A DNA stretch of 64,000 bases from Reclinomonas americana ATCC 50394 (lineage: Eukaryota). The DNA is taken from the NCBI GenBank assembly GCA_048213135.1, contig PS015009.1, forward strand, positions 62,001 to 126,000, written 5' to 3'. The translations under genes and the position numbers were made by a program. Positions 31,041 to 38,990 of the stretch are shown piece after piece (positions within the stretch are counted from its first letter, which is position 1; each line of letters begins with the position of its first letter). A model generated the notes under the pieces. It saw only the letters and a program-made list of their open reading frames with translations. It ran no database searches and had not been told where the DNA came from.

Positions 31041-33407
31041 TTACTCAATAATCCTCTCTATATGTATCAGCCTGCCCAGGGCATCTATCCCTTCAATGGT
31101 CAGGAGAAGACGGCCGGATATATCATTATTGTAATACTCGATCTTCAGTTTCCGGTTTTCTTTGTCGGCAACCAGGTAGGGGTTCCAGTACAGGGTGGTG
31201 CGGGTGTCGGGCTGGGCGGCTGTCCGTTTATCACTGTAATCCGGGTTGAAGAACTCCTTAGGCAAATCATACCCCCTTACCATGGCCGAGCGCATGCTGC
31301 CGGGAGCGGTGGAAGGTTCGTCGCCCTTTTTTGTATAAATATATATGACACCGTTTCCTGTAGCGAAAGAGGAACCGGCCACAATACCCGGGATGTACTT
31401 TACATAAGCCACCGACGAAAGCTGGATGGTTTCCACCATTTCGCCGGGTATTACGGATTCGTTCAAAAAGACCATCACAGGATCACAGGTATATTTACCG
31501 ATCATAGGACAGGGATACAGCATGCGGCTGCCGTACGCACCCGCATAGCCCAGCCCCGGAAACCTGTTCCTGAGGTAACTGAACAGGTCAGGCATTACTT
31601 CAGCATAGGGATCGTCCAGCACATTCAACTGGTATCCCCTGGCAATACCGCTGAAAGTACCACTGGTATATTTATTCTCCAGCTCCAGGGTCCGTTTCGT
31701 AATGGGGTTCATATACTTACCCTTTACCACCACTTCCCGTATGGTTTGCACATCATTGAATTGGCGATGGCGGTTGTAAAAACTGTCGATATAATATCGT
31801 TGTGATACAGGCCGTTCCCACTGCTGCACTGTTGTTTGCACCAGCGGCGGTAATGATGCCGGTACCTGTACGCCTTCATTTCTTTTTACTTCAAGCAGGT
31901 CGGCAAGCCGTTCATCTTTGGACAGGCGGAAATACACTTTAGCAGAATCATAAAAAACAAGGCCGTTCTTTTCAAAACGTGTTTGCCCGATGGGGTCCAG
32001 TATAAAGAACTGGTTACCCGCCACTTTATCTTTTATGATCATCTTCAGGCTTTCCTTTTTATTAAAGCCATGCTCTCCTTCCTTATAGTCTACTTTCAGT
32101 GAGAGGTAGTTGTCGGCCGCAAGGATCTCCTCCCCTGTCTTTTTTACGGGCAGACTGTAACGCCGCCAGCCATGTGTCATTAATATCAGATCTGCCAGTT
32201 CCTCATTCCTGCCACGCTGCAGTTCTCTGAGTACAGTTTCGGGTAATGCCTTTACCTGTTCGGCAAACCATAGATTTTCCCTGATGGCGGGCTGGCTTTT
32301 ATCCCGGTCATAAAAGTTGATATCCGCAATGGATGCCGACATATTGGCAAAAACGGTATCGGGCATCAATACCTCTATAGTATTCTTTGCCCTTGAAGCG
32401 GTTGTCCGCCCTTCGCCATTTATTGCCGGTATATTTTCTTTCCGTGGTGGTACTAAAATAACCCGTTCCTGCAAGGGGTTCCACTTTTCCCCGAAAAGGG
32501 TAAGTTGTACGATGCCGGCCGGCAATGAATCACGGGGTATACTTCCTACCCAGTCCATACGGTCACCTACCGAGAGGCTGGCCCGGTAGAGTTCTTCATT
32601 GTCCATGCGGGCCATCAGGTGAAGGGTTTTGAAATTATCCGCCCCGGTATTTTTGGTAATGTGATAATACAATCCTGTTTGGTTCAGCTCCGCATGCAAC
32701 GCGATACCGTAAGGCTGCACTTCTGGCAATGGGGTTTTCTGCGGCAGGCCACCCGTTGTTTTCCAGCGTGCGGTATAGCTGGTATGCCCCGGTGTCACCT
32801 GCAACCTGCCCATACCCATGGCAGTGGTGTGAAAGGAATCCGTTACCGATCCTGTCCGGTCATCTTCGAGCACACCGCTTATTTCCGCCGGGGTGCCATT
32901 GGCATACCATGCTTTAAAAGCCAGGTAATTGTTGATGCCCGCGATCCAGTTACCGCCTTCGGGAAAGAATTGCAGGTATACGGTATTGGCCGCCATGCCG
33001 CCGGTATTTGCCGGATCGGCCTGCCCTTTCCGGTAAACAGTCAGTATTTTTTCCCACTGGTTGACGCTGTCGGCCGCCAGTATGTTCCTGGTAAACCCCC
33101 TGAACCTGATCTGCCTGGCGGTAATGGTATCGGCGATAAGGAAATCACCATTGCAGGTACCGCCGGATACGGGATAGGTCTTTTGCTCCAGCAGCCTGCC
33201 TTCCTCATCATAAATGGCCGCGTAAAAATTGGTGCTCAGGGAAGAAAGCGCTCCTCCATTATACAGGTAGGCCTTGAACCAGATGGTTTCGCCGGGAAGG
33301 TAAATGTCTTTATCAAAATGGATATGCAACCGTTCCACCGGTTGCGCAAACGAACCCGTTGCTGAAAGCAGGAGTAAACATAACAGGTAAAGGCCTGGTC
33401 TCATCAT
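31041..33407 (-). CDS. Exported MG2/macroglobulin-like protein with TonB-plug-like C-terminal region
   Basis: Signal peptide, HIHFDKDIYLPGETIWFKAY, FFPEGG, LILMTHGWRR and RTTLYWNP motifs. Start trimmed to MMRPGLY. Confidence 0.75.
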   Translation of the reverse strand: MMRPGLYLLCLLLLSATGSFAQPVERLHIHFDKDIYLPGETIWFKAYLYNGGALSSLSTNFYAAIYDEEGRLLEQKTYPVSGGTCNGDFLIADTITARQIRFRGFTRNILAADSVNQWEKILTVYRKGQADPANTGGMAANTVYLQFFPEGGNWIAGINNYLAFKAWYANGTPAEISGVLEDDRTGSVTDSFHTTAMGMGRLQVTPGHTSYTARWKTTGGLPQKTPLPEVQPYGIALHAELNQTGLYYHITKNTGADNFKTLHLMARMDNEELYRASLSVGDRMDWVGSIPRDSLPAGIVQLTLFGEKWNPLQERVILVPPRKENIPAINGEGRTTASRAKNTIEVLMPDTVFANMSASIADINFYDRDKSQPAIRENLWFAEQVKALPETVLRELQRGRNEELADLILMTHGWRRYSLPVKKTGEEILAADNYLSLKVDYKEGEHGFNKKESLKMIIKDKVAGNQFFILDPIGQTRFEKNGLVFYDSAKVYFRLSKDERLADLLEVKRNEGVQVPASLPPLVQTTVQQWERPVSQRYYIDSFYNRHRQFNDVQTIREVVVKGKYMNPITKRTLELENKYTSGTFSGIARGYQLNVLDDPYAEVMPDLFSYLRNRFPGLGYAGAYGSRMLYPCPMIGKYTCDPVMVFLNESVIPGEMVETIQLSSVAYVKYIPGIVAGSSFATGNGVIYIYTKKGDEPSTAPGSMRSAMVRGYDLPKEFFNPDYSDKRTAAQPDTRTTLYWNPYLVADKENRKLKIEYYNNDISGRLLLTIEGIDALGRLIHIERIIE

Positions 33408-33609
33408 TTTGTACAGGGTTGTCTGTTTATGACAGCAATTATTACCCGGAAGTTGCAGGAACATTGTTTTTAATGATCCGCTTACCCCGGGAATACAAAT
33501 TTCATGAACGTTTCGCAGTAATCTGGAAGAAAAAAAACTTTTGTTCCGGGTATTTTCCGAATATGACCGTGTACCGGTATGGTTTATTGTTGCAGTAAAT
33601 ACGCTGTTT

Positions 33610-34263
33610 ATGAAAAGATACAATATTGTTGTAGCGGATGACCATATTGTTCTCCGCGATGCTTTGTGCAGCCTGGTGAATTCATTCGACGACTTCCGGG
33701 TGTCGGATGCCGCCGGCAACGGCCGGGAACTGATCCGTATTATTGAGATGGGGCCGGTGCCTGATATTATCCTGCTTGACCTGAACATGCCGCAGATGGA
33801 CGGATACGCCGTGGTGGAGTGGCTGCACCGGCACCGACCGCTGGTAAAGGTACTGGTGCTGACGATGTACGATTCGGAGATCGCCATGATTCGCCTGCTG
33901 AAACTGGGCGTAAAGGGTTTCCTGAAAAAGGATGTGCATCCTGCGGAGCTGAAAACCGCCCTGCTCTGTATCGCCGAAAACGGCTGCTACTATTCGCACA
34001 GTACCACCGGGCGGCTGGCAGCCTTCTTCCAGCGGGTGGAAGATATGCAGTTGTCTTTTCACAAAGCCCTGCTCTCGGATGCGGAACTGCGTTTCCTGAG
34101 GCTGGCGAGTACCGAACTTACGTATAAGGAGATTGCCCATGCCATGGGTACCACACCCCGTACCATTGACGGGTACCGGGATGACCTTTTTGAGAAACTG
34201 AATGTAAAAAGCCGCGTGGGTCTGGCTATTTATGCGGTAAAGAACGGGATTTCCACCTTCTGA
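33610..34263 (+). CDS. NarL/FixJ-family response regulator (RR2)
   Basis: VADDH, LLDLNMP, HTH TPRTIDGYRDDL. Start trimmed to MKRYNIV. Confidence 0.92.
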   Translation: MKRYNIVVADDHIVLRDALCSLVNSFDDFRVSDAAGNGRELIRIIEMGPVPDIILLDLNMPQMDGYAVVEWLHRHRPLVKVLVLTMYDSEIAMIRLLKLGVKGFLKKDVHPAELKTALLCIAENGCYYSHSTTGRLAAFFQRVEDMQLSFHKALLSDAELRFLRLASTELTYKEIAHAMGTTPRTIDGYRDDLFEKLNVKSRVGLAIYAVKNGISTF

Positions 34264-34264
34264 C

Positions 34265-34930
34265 CTACTCAATCAGTTTGTTGCGCATCCCGTACATGAT
34301 AAGGCCCCCGATGGTTTTGGCATCCACCTTGGTCTTCATATTCTGGCGAATGGTCTCGATCGTACGCGGACTCAGGAAGATGATCTTGGATATTTCCTCC
34401 GTGGTTTTGTCCTCGGCCAGGAGGCGGAGTATTTTCAGTTCTTTTTCGTTGAAACTCACCGGGGTATTGGTACCATAATGCTGTCGGACATTCTTTTTCT
34501 GCATCAGTTTGCCCATTACCGCCTTGTTTACCAGTTCATTAAAGTAAAAATCATCATTCATGCAGGTGAGTATGGCTTCGTAGATCTCTTCGGGGTCGGT
34601 GGTTTTGGTGAGGTAGGCATTGGCGCCCATTTCCATCATTTTGCTGATCATTTGCTGGTCGTCGTACATGGTAAGGACAATGATCTTGATGTCTTCGTAT
34701 TCTTTCCGGATGAGCTGGATGGCGTTGATCCCGTCTATTTCTGGCATCCGGATGTCCATCAGCAGTACTTCGGGCTTTTTAATGGCGATCTTGTGCATCA
34801 TGTCCTTGCCATCTTCGGCCTCCCACAGCATTTTCAGGTTGTCTTTGTTGGCGAGGGCCATTTTGATGCCATCCCGGAAGATTTTATGGTCATCGGCAAT
34901 GGCGATCTTGATAACGTGGTTATTACTCAT
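34265..34930 (-). CDS. NarL/FixJ-family response regulator (RR3)
   Basis: IADDH, LMDIRMP, HTH LSPRTIETIR. Confidence 0.93.
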   Translation of the reverse strand: MSNNHVIKIAIADDHKIFRDGIKMALANKDNLKMLWEAEDGKDMMHKIAIKKPEVLLMDIRMPEIDGINAIQLIRKEYEDIKIIVLTMYDDQQMISKMMEMGANAYLTKTTDPEEIYEAILTCMNDDFYFNELVNKAVMGKLMQKKNVRQHYGTNTPVSFNEKELKILRLLAEDKTTEEISKIIFLSPRTIETIRQNMKTKVDAKTIGGLIMYGMRNKLIE

Positions 34931-35066
34931 AGCGGTTTGATAATGGGTTAGTATAAAACTGGTTCTAAGTTACAATATTCAACATAAAAACACCCCTAAG
35001 GTTGTTCATATGCTGTGGATTTTTATGGGTCATTCTACAGCAAAAACAAGGCCGGGAAATCACTAC

Positions 35067-35100
35067 GTAAAACTACTAGTTAAAATACTCGTTGTTTTAC
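35067..35100. promoter_or_regulatory. Three tandem GT(A/T)-N4-TAC boxes, 12-bp period
   Basis: GTAAAACTAC (35067), GTTAAAATAC (35079), GTTGTTTTAC (35091). Confidence 0.55.
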
Positions 35101-35191
35101 GTACACACCCCGCATTACTACTCGATCGGGGGTAAATTCGGAAACCCCGAAAAAGGGAGTTTATGCGCTTGTGCAAGCCTGGTATCCTTTC

Positions 35192-35199
35192 TATTTTTG
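35192..35199 (+). promoter_or_regulatory. Sigma-A -7 box for the candidate sRNA
   Basis: TATTTTTG ending 5 nt before the 5' arm of the hairpin. Confidence 0.55.
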
Positions 35200-35203
35200 T
35201 ACC

Positions 35204-35329
35204 AGTTGATTGACATTGGTTCACATAATTAATGTTCTATCCAAAAAAATCCAATAAACCTAAGAGTTTCCAATTATCCAACGAAGAACCTGTTTGTGCT
35301 TGTGTTGCCATTGTCAATCAACTCTTTTT
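35204..35329 (+). ncRNA. Candidate small RNA with paired ends and a UCCAA-repeat loop
   Basis: Perfect 12-bp terminal stem (35204-15 with 35312-23) extended by TGG/CCA and CACA/TGTG, then a T5 tract. TCCAA occurs at 35240, 35250, 35269 and 35277. Confidence 0.6.
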
Positions 35330-35471
35330 GAATTTGCCCGACTTTAAATCCAATATCCCGTACACTGATCAACCGGCACAGGAATAGCCCTGTTCAGCAG
35401 CAGAAATGCCAGCTAACCGACAACCACCCGCGACCGGACTTACCACTTTAGGTAAGAAAAAGACTGGAATA

Positions 35472-35564
35472 GTAGATTTACTAACGTAAACTCACGAGGT
35501 TTATTGATAGTAAATTTACTATTTTTTATTCGTAAAACTACCCAAATATACTACGTTAATCTAC
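35472..35564. promoter_or_regulatory. Array of five GTA-N4-TAC-like boxes
   Basis: Boxes start at 35472, 35486, 35510 (inside the perfect palindrome ATAGTAAATTTACTAT), 35532 and 35555. Confidence 0.6.
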
Positions 35565-35596
35565 GTGCCATTATTTCATAACTACTTGACTGTCTT

Positions 35597-35604
35597 TACT
35601 TTTG
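35597..35604 (+). promoter_or_regulatory. Sigma-A -7 box for the peptide transcript
   Basis: TACTTTTG downstream of the box array. Confidence 0.5.
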
Positions 35605-35708
35605 ACTTTCGGCACCCTTTTTGAATCCATTTTAGCCGGTTGTGAGGCTTAGCGTTTTGAAGGAAGTTTACACCTCAAATTCAAATCGTAAACCACAAAA
35701 GCTAAATC

Positions 35709-35753
35709 ATGGTAATCAACTTTATTGAAGCGCTCGCTGAGTTTTTCTGCTAA
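35709..35753 (+). CDS. Candidate 14-aa small peptide MVINFIEALAEFFC
   Basis: ATG...TAA with an A-rich Bacteroidota-type initiation region (CACAAAAGCTAAATC-ATG, A at -3), directly upstream of the 7-TM/HK/RR genes. Confidence 0.55.
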   Translation: MVINFIEALAEFFC

Positions 35754-35773
35754 TTCTGTCCGGTTATTCTATT

Positions 35774-35804
35774 TTTGATTTTGGTAGATTTATAAGTATT
35801 TTTG
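35774..35804 (+). promoter_or_regulatory. Sigma-A promoter (-33 TTTG, 19-nt spacer, -7 TATTTTTG)
   Basis: Consensus spacing, immediately upstream of the open frame starting at 35815. Confidence 0.6.
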
Positions 35805-35814
35805 AAAAAACTAA

Positions 35815-36531
35815 GTACTTATCCTACAAACTCTTAAATACATAACCTATTTCACAGAGGTATTACCTTTTGTCTTTTATCTAATCTTTCTCCGGAAAGT
35901 TATTTCAAAAGATAGAAAGGTATTTTTTTTATATACACTTGTCATTGCTCTTCTTATACTGGTAGCGTTCACTTTCCGCTACGTTTTTGTCCAGTACGAT
36001 AAATACTTCCTCACGGTACGTATTTACAACTTCGTGGAATACGCCCTCTTATCGTATTTCTTCTCGCTCCAGATCAGGAACAGGATCATCCGTAAGGCAT
36101 TGTGGTTTTCTACCATCCCCTTCGCCCTCTTCTGCCTGTTTGACTTTATACGGTCCTCAGGCCCCGAATTGCCGTTTGGCCCCCTGGCGGTGGAGTATGT
36201 AATGCTGCTGATCTTTATTATTTACTTCTTCTTTGAGGTAATGGACAATACCAAGTCGGAGCCCATATACCAGAAACCGGTATTCTGGATATCGTCTGCT
36301 TTCATATTGAACTTCTCAGGTAATTTCTTCCTGTTCCTGTATTCAAAGAACAGTTACAGCGACAATGAAGTATTCCAGCAGCATTATACTATCATATACG
36401 GAACCATCACTATACTGAAAAATATCTTACTTTGCATTTCGGCCTACCAGTCCGAAGAAATACCTAATACGCCCAATCATTCTATTGACGTAAACCTAGA
36501 TTCCTTTTACCCACATATCAAAAAGCAATAA
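35815..36531 (+). CDS. Polytopic (~7-TM) membrane protein, probable co-sensor of the downstream kinase; start codon uncertain
   Basis: Frame of ORF 36034..36531 stays open back to 35815 and adds hydrophobic helices; seven hydrophobic segments in total. Confidence 0.75.
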   Translation, partial: VLILQTLKYITYFTEVLPFVFYLIFLRKVISKDRKVFFLYTLVIALLILVAFTFRYVFVQYDKYFLTVRIYNFVEYALLSYFFSLQIRNRIIRKALWFSTIPFALFCLFDFIRSSGPELPFGPLAVEYVMLLIFIIYFFFEVMDNTKSEPIYQKPVFWISSAFILNFSGNFFLFLYSKNSYSDNEVFQQHYTIIYGTITILKNILLCISAYQSEEIPNTPNHSIDVNLDSFYPHIKKQ

Positions 36532-36540
36532 CGGCAAAAG

Positions 36541-37365
36541 ATGTTCTTTTTACAAATAACAGAATCCTCTGGAATCACTCCTTTTATGCTGCTGGGTATA
36601 TTGGGAATGCTGACGCTGGCGATGTCCATCGTAGGGTTCGTTATTTTTCACCAGCGAAAGGTGATCCGTTATAATAACCAGCTCAAAAAACTGGAAGAAG
36701 AGAAACAACAGATATTACTGAACGCGTCTATCCGTTTCCAGGAAGAAGAAAGGAACCGTATCGCGGCCGACCTGCATGATGATGCCGGTCCCCTGCTGGC
36801 CACTGCCCGCCTTTACCTTAATGAGAACCTGGTGAACCAGGAAAAAAGCCAGCAACTCCAGAGCATCTACAGCGCCAAACAAATACTCGACGACGCCATC
36901 CTGCTGATCCGCAACATCAGCCACAGCCTGATGCCGCCCACTTTAAAGAACTTCGGGCTGGAGAGTGCCGCCACTGACCTTTTTCAGAAGATCGGCGCCA
37001 GCGGCAGCCTCAACGCCAGCGCCCGTTTCCACGATTATCGTATACGCCTGAAGGTTGAACAGGAACTGCTGGTATTCCGCATCATCCAGGAGCTGGTGAA
37101 CAATATCATCAAACACAGCAATTCGGGATTCATCCATCTTACCCAGAATAACAGCGGCAACAACATGTATTTCCGCATACATCATGATGGTACCGGCATT
37201 GTGCAGGCCGACTTTGAAAAACTCAACCAAAGCACGCTGGGACTGGGTTTGAAGAATATTGCCAGCCGTATCCGCGTACTCAAGGGAAGGATATTTTTCG
37301 AGATCGATCCCAGCCATACCTATTATAAGATCACGCTCGAAATTCCCAGGGAACCCGCCATCTGA
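36541..37365 (+). CDS. Sensor histidine kinase (HisKA_3 type) with a single N-terminal TM
   Basis: EERNRIAADLHDDAG H-box, RNISHSL, QELVNNIIKHS N-box, HDGTG and GLGLKNI motifs. Confidence 0.92.
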   Translation: MFFLQITESSGITPFMLLGILGMLTLAMSIVGFVIFHQRKVIRYNNQLKKLEEEKQQILLNASIRFQEEERNRIAADLHDDAGPLLATARLYLNENLVNQEKSQQLQSIYSAKQILDDAILLIRNISHSLMPPTLKNFGLESAATDLFQKIGASGSLNASARFHDYRIRLKVEQELLVFRIIQELVNNIIKHSNSGFIHLTQNNSGNNMYFRIHHDGTGIVQADFEKLNQSTLGLGLKNIASRIRVLKGRIFFEIDPSHTYYKITLEIPREPAI

Positions 37366-37463
37366 TCCTTATCATTTCCTTCATCACCATACGGCAAACG
37401 AACATTAAAAACAGATTTTCAATTCAATATTCCTTTTTGTAATTTTACGACAGCCCCCAGTTT

Positions 37464-38114
37464 ATGAACGAAATAAAAGTCGCCATCGCAGATGATCATA
37501 AAATCTTCAGGAAAGGTGTGATCCTGTCCATGAGGTCCTATACCAATATCAAATTTGTTATGGAGGCCGACAACGGAGATGACCTGCTGGCCAAGATACC
37601 CGAATTTGAACCAGACGTGATCCTGTGCGACCTGAAGATGCCTGTACGTGATGGCATCGATACCACCAAACTCATTACCAAGAATTACCCCGGTATACGC
37701 GTTATCATCCTCACCATGTATGAGGACGAGCGCTTTGTGGGGCACCTGATGGATTGCGGCGCCGCCGGTTACCTCCTCAAAAGTACCGAGCCCGCCGAGA
37801 TCAAAAAAGCGATCATGGACGTGATGCGCACCGGTTTCTACCTCAACCCGTTCGTGAATAAAGTACTCATCAAGAAAAATTACTCCAAGCAGAAATTCAA
37901 CCCCACCCTCACTACGGAAGTAGTACTGAGCGAAAGGGAAAAAGAAGTGCTTACCCTGGTGTGTATGGAGTTTACCGCCGCTGAGATCGCCGCTAAAATG
38001 GACATCAGCGCCCGTACGGTAGAAGCCATCAAAGACAGGCTGATGGAGCGTTTTGGTGTAAAGAACTCGGTGGGACTGGTATTTTACGCGATGAAGAATT
38101 CGCTGATCGATTAA
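37464..38114 (+). CDS. NarL/FixJ-family response regulator (RR4)
   Basis: IADDH, LCDLKMP, HTH ISARTVEAIK. Confidence 0.93.
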   Translation: MNEIKVAIADDHKIFRKGVILSMRSYTNIKFVMEADNGDDLLAKIPEFEPDVILCDLKMPVRDGIDTTKLITKNYPGIRVIILTMYEDERFVGHLMDCGAAGYLLKSTEPAEIKKAIMDVMRTGFYLNPFVNKVLIKKNYSKQKFNPTLTTEVVLSEREKEVLTLVCMEFTAAEIAAKMDISARTVEAIKDRLMERFGVKNSVGLVFYAMKNSLID

Positions 38115-38261
38115 GGCAGTGACCATGCTCGACAGACAACAGACGACAGTATGCTGCGGTATCAATCAGGCTGATAACCACCTGCCTCCTTCTATAATCA
38201 GTTGAATAAATATTGTTGGTGAAAACAGCAGGAACCAGGTGGTCGCGTGGTCCGTCGTCTT

Positions 38262-38897
38262 TTAAAACAACCCAAACAAAGTGGAGTCTATCTTCGTGAT
38301 GATCTGCCCCAGGTGTTCCTCATTTTCAGCAAACTTGTTTTTGTCTGCATCAATGATCAGTAGCGGACCTTCTTTATAATTATCGATCCAGTTGTTGTAG
38401 AATTCGTTGAGTTTTTTCAGGTAGTCGAGGCGGATGTTCTCTTCATATTCCCTTCCCCTTTTCTGTATCTGGGCTACCAGTGTGGGTACCGACGCTTTAA
38501 GATAGATCAGCAGGTCGGGCGGCTGTACCATCGATTTAAGCGTCTCGAAAAATTTATAGTAGTTATCGAAGTCCCTTTTACCCATCAGCCCCATATCATG
38601 CAGGTTGGGCGCAAAAATATTGGCATCCTCGTAAATGGTACGGTCCTGTATAACGGTTTCGGTACCACGATGTATTTCCAGCAACTGGTTCAGGCGGCTG
38701 TTCAGGAAAAATATCTGCAGGTTGAAACTCCACCGGGGCATATCCTCGTAAAAGTCGTTCAGGTAGGGGTTGTGGTCAACATCTTCAAACTGCGGTATCC
38801 ATTTGTAATGCTTGCTCAGCATTTCGGTCAGCGTGGTCTTTCCTGCACCTATGTTGCCGGCCACTGCTATATGTTTGGGTTTCTTGTTCTTTGCCAT
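38262..38897 (-). CDS. Deoxynucleoside kinase (dCK/dGK family)
   Basis: AGNIGAGKTT, QDRTIYED and RGREYE motifs. Confidence 0.92.
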   Translation of the reverse strand: MAKNKKPKHIAVAGNIGAGKTTLTEMLSKHYKWIPQFEDVDHNPYLNDFYEDMPRWSFNLQIFFLNSRLNQLLEIHRGTETVIQDRTIYEDANIFAPNLHDMGLMGKRDFDNYYKFFETLKSMVQPPDLLIYLKASVPTLVAQIQKRGREYEENIRLDYLKKLNEFYNNWIDNYKEGPLLIIDADKNKFAENEEHLGQIITKIDSTLFGLF

Positions 38898-38990
38898 GTT
38901 GCGATTATATTCCGGTAAGTTCTGGTTCCCCCGGGCAGAAGGTCAATTTATACAATCTTTCCGGGATTTGGGAAACAGCCCTGCTTTTTT

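Noticed and set aside
33408-33887. 160-aa N-terminal extension of ORF 31041..33887
   Set aside because: It overlaps RR2 on the opposite strand, and a signal peptide begins at 33407.
35238-35285. CsrB/RsmZ-type RNA on the minus strand (TTGGA repeats)
   Set aside because: The promoter and T-tract indicate plus-strand transcription, the GGA motifs are not in individual hairpin loops, and no csrA is visible.
35291-35302. Base-pairing of the sRNA (TTTGTGCTT) to the peptide leader (AACCACAAA)
   Set aside because: Only an 8-of-9 match, which is expected by chance.
35331-35460. Second possible structured RNA, including the CTTACC/GGTAAG hairpin
   Set aside because: No clear promoter or terminator and only short stems; insufficient support.
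36380-36450. 7-TM protein as a rhodopsin (Lys in the last helix, ITILKN)
   Set aside because: It lacks the DxxxK or SxxxK context and other recognisable rhodopsin motifs; only a profile search could settle it.
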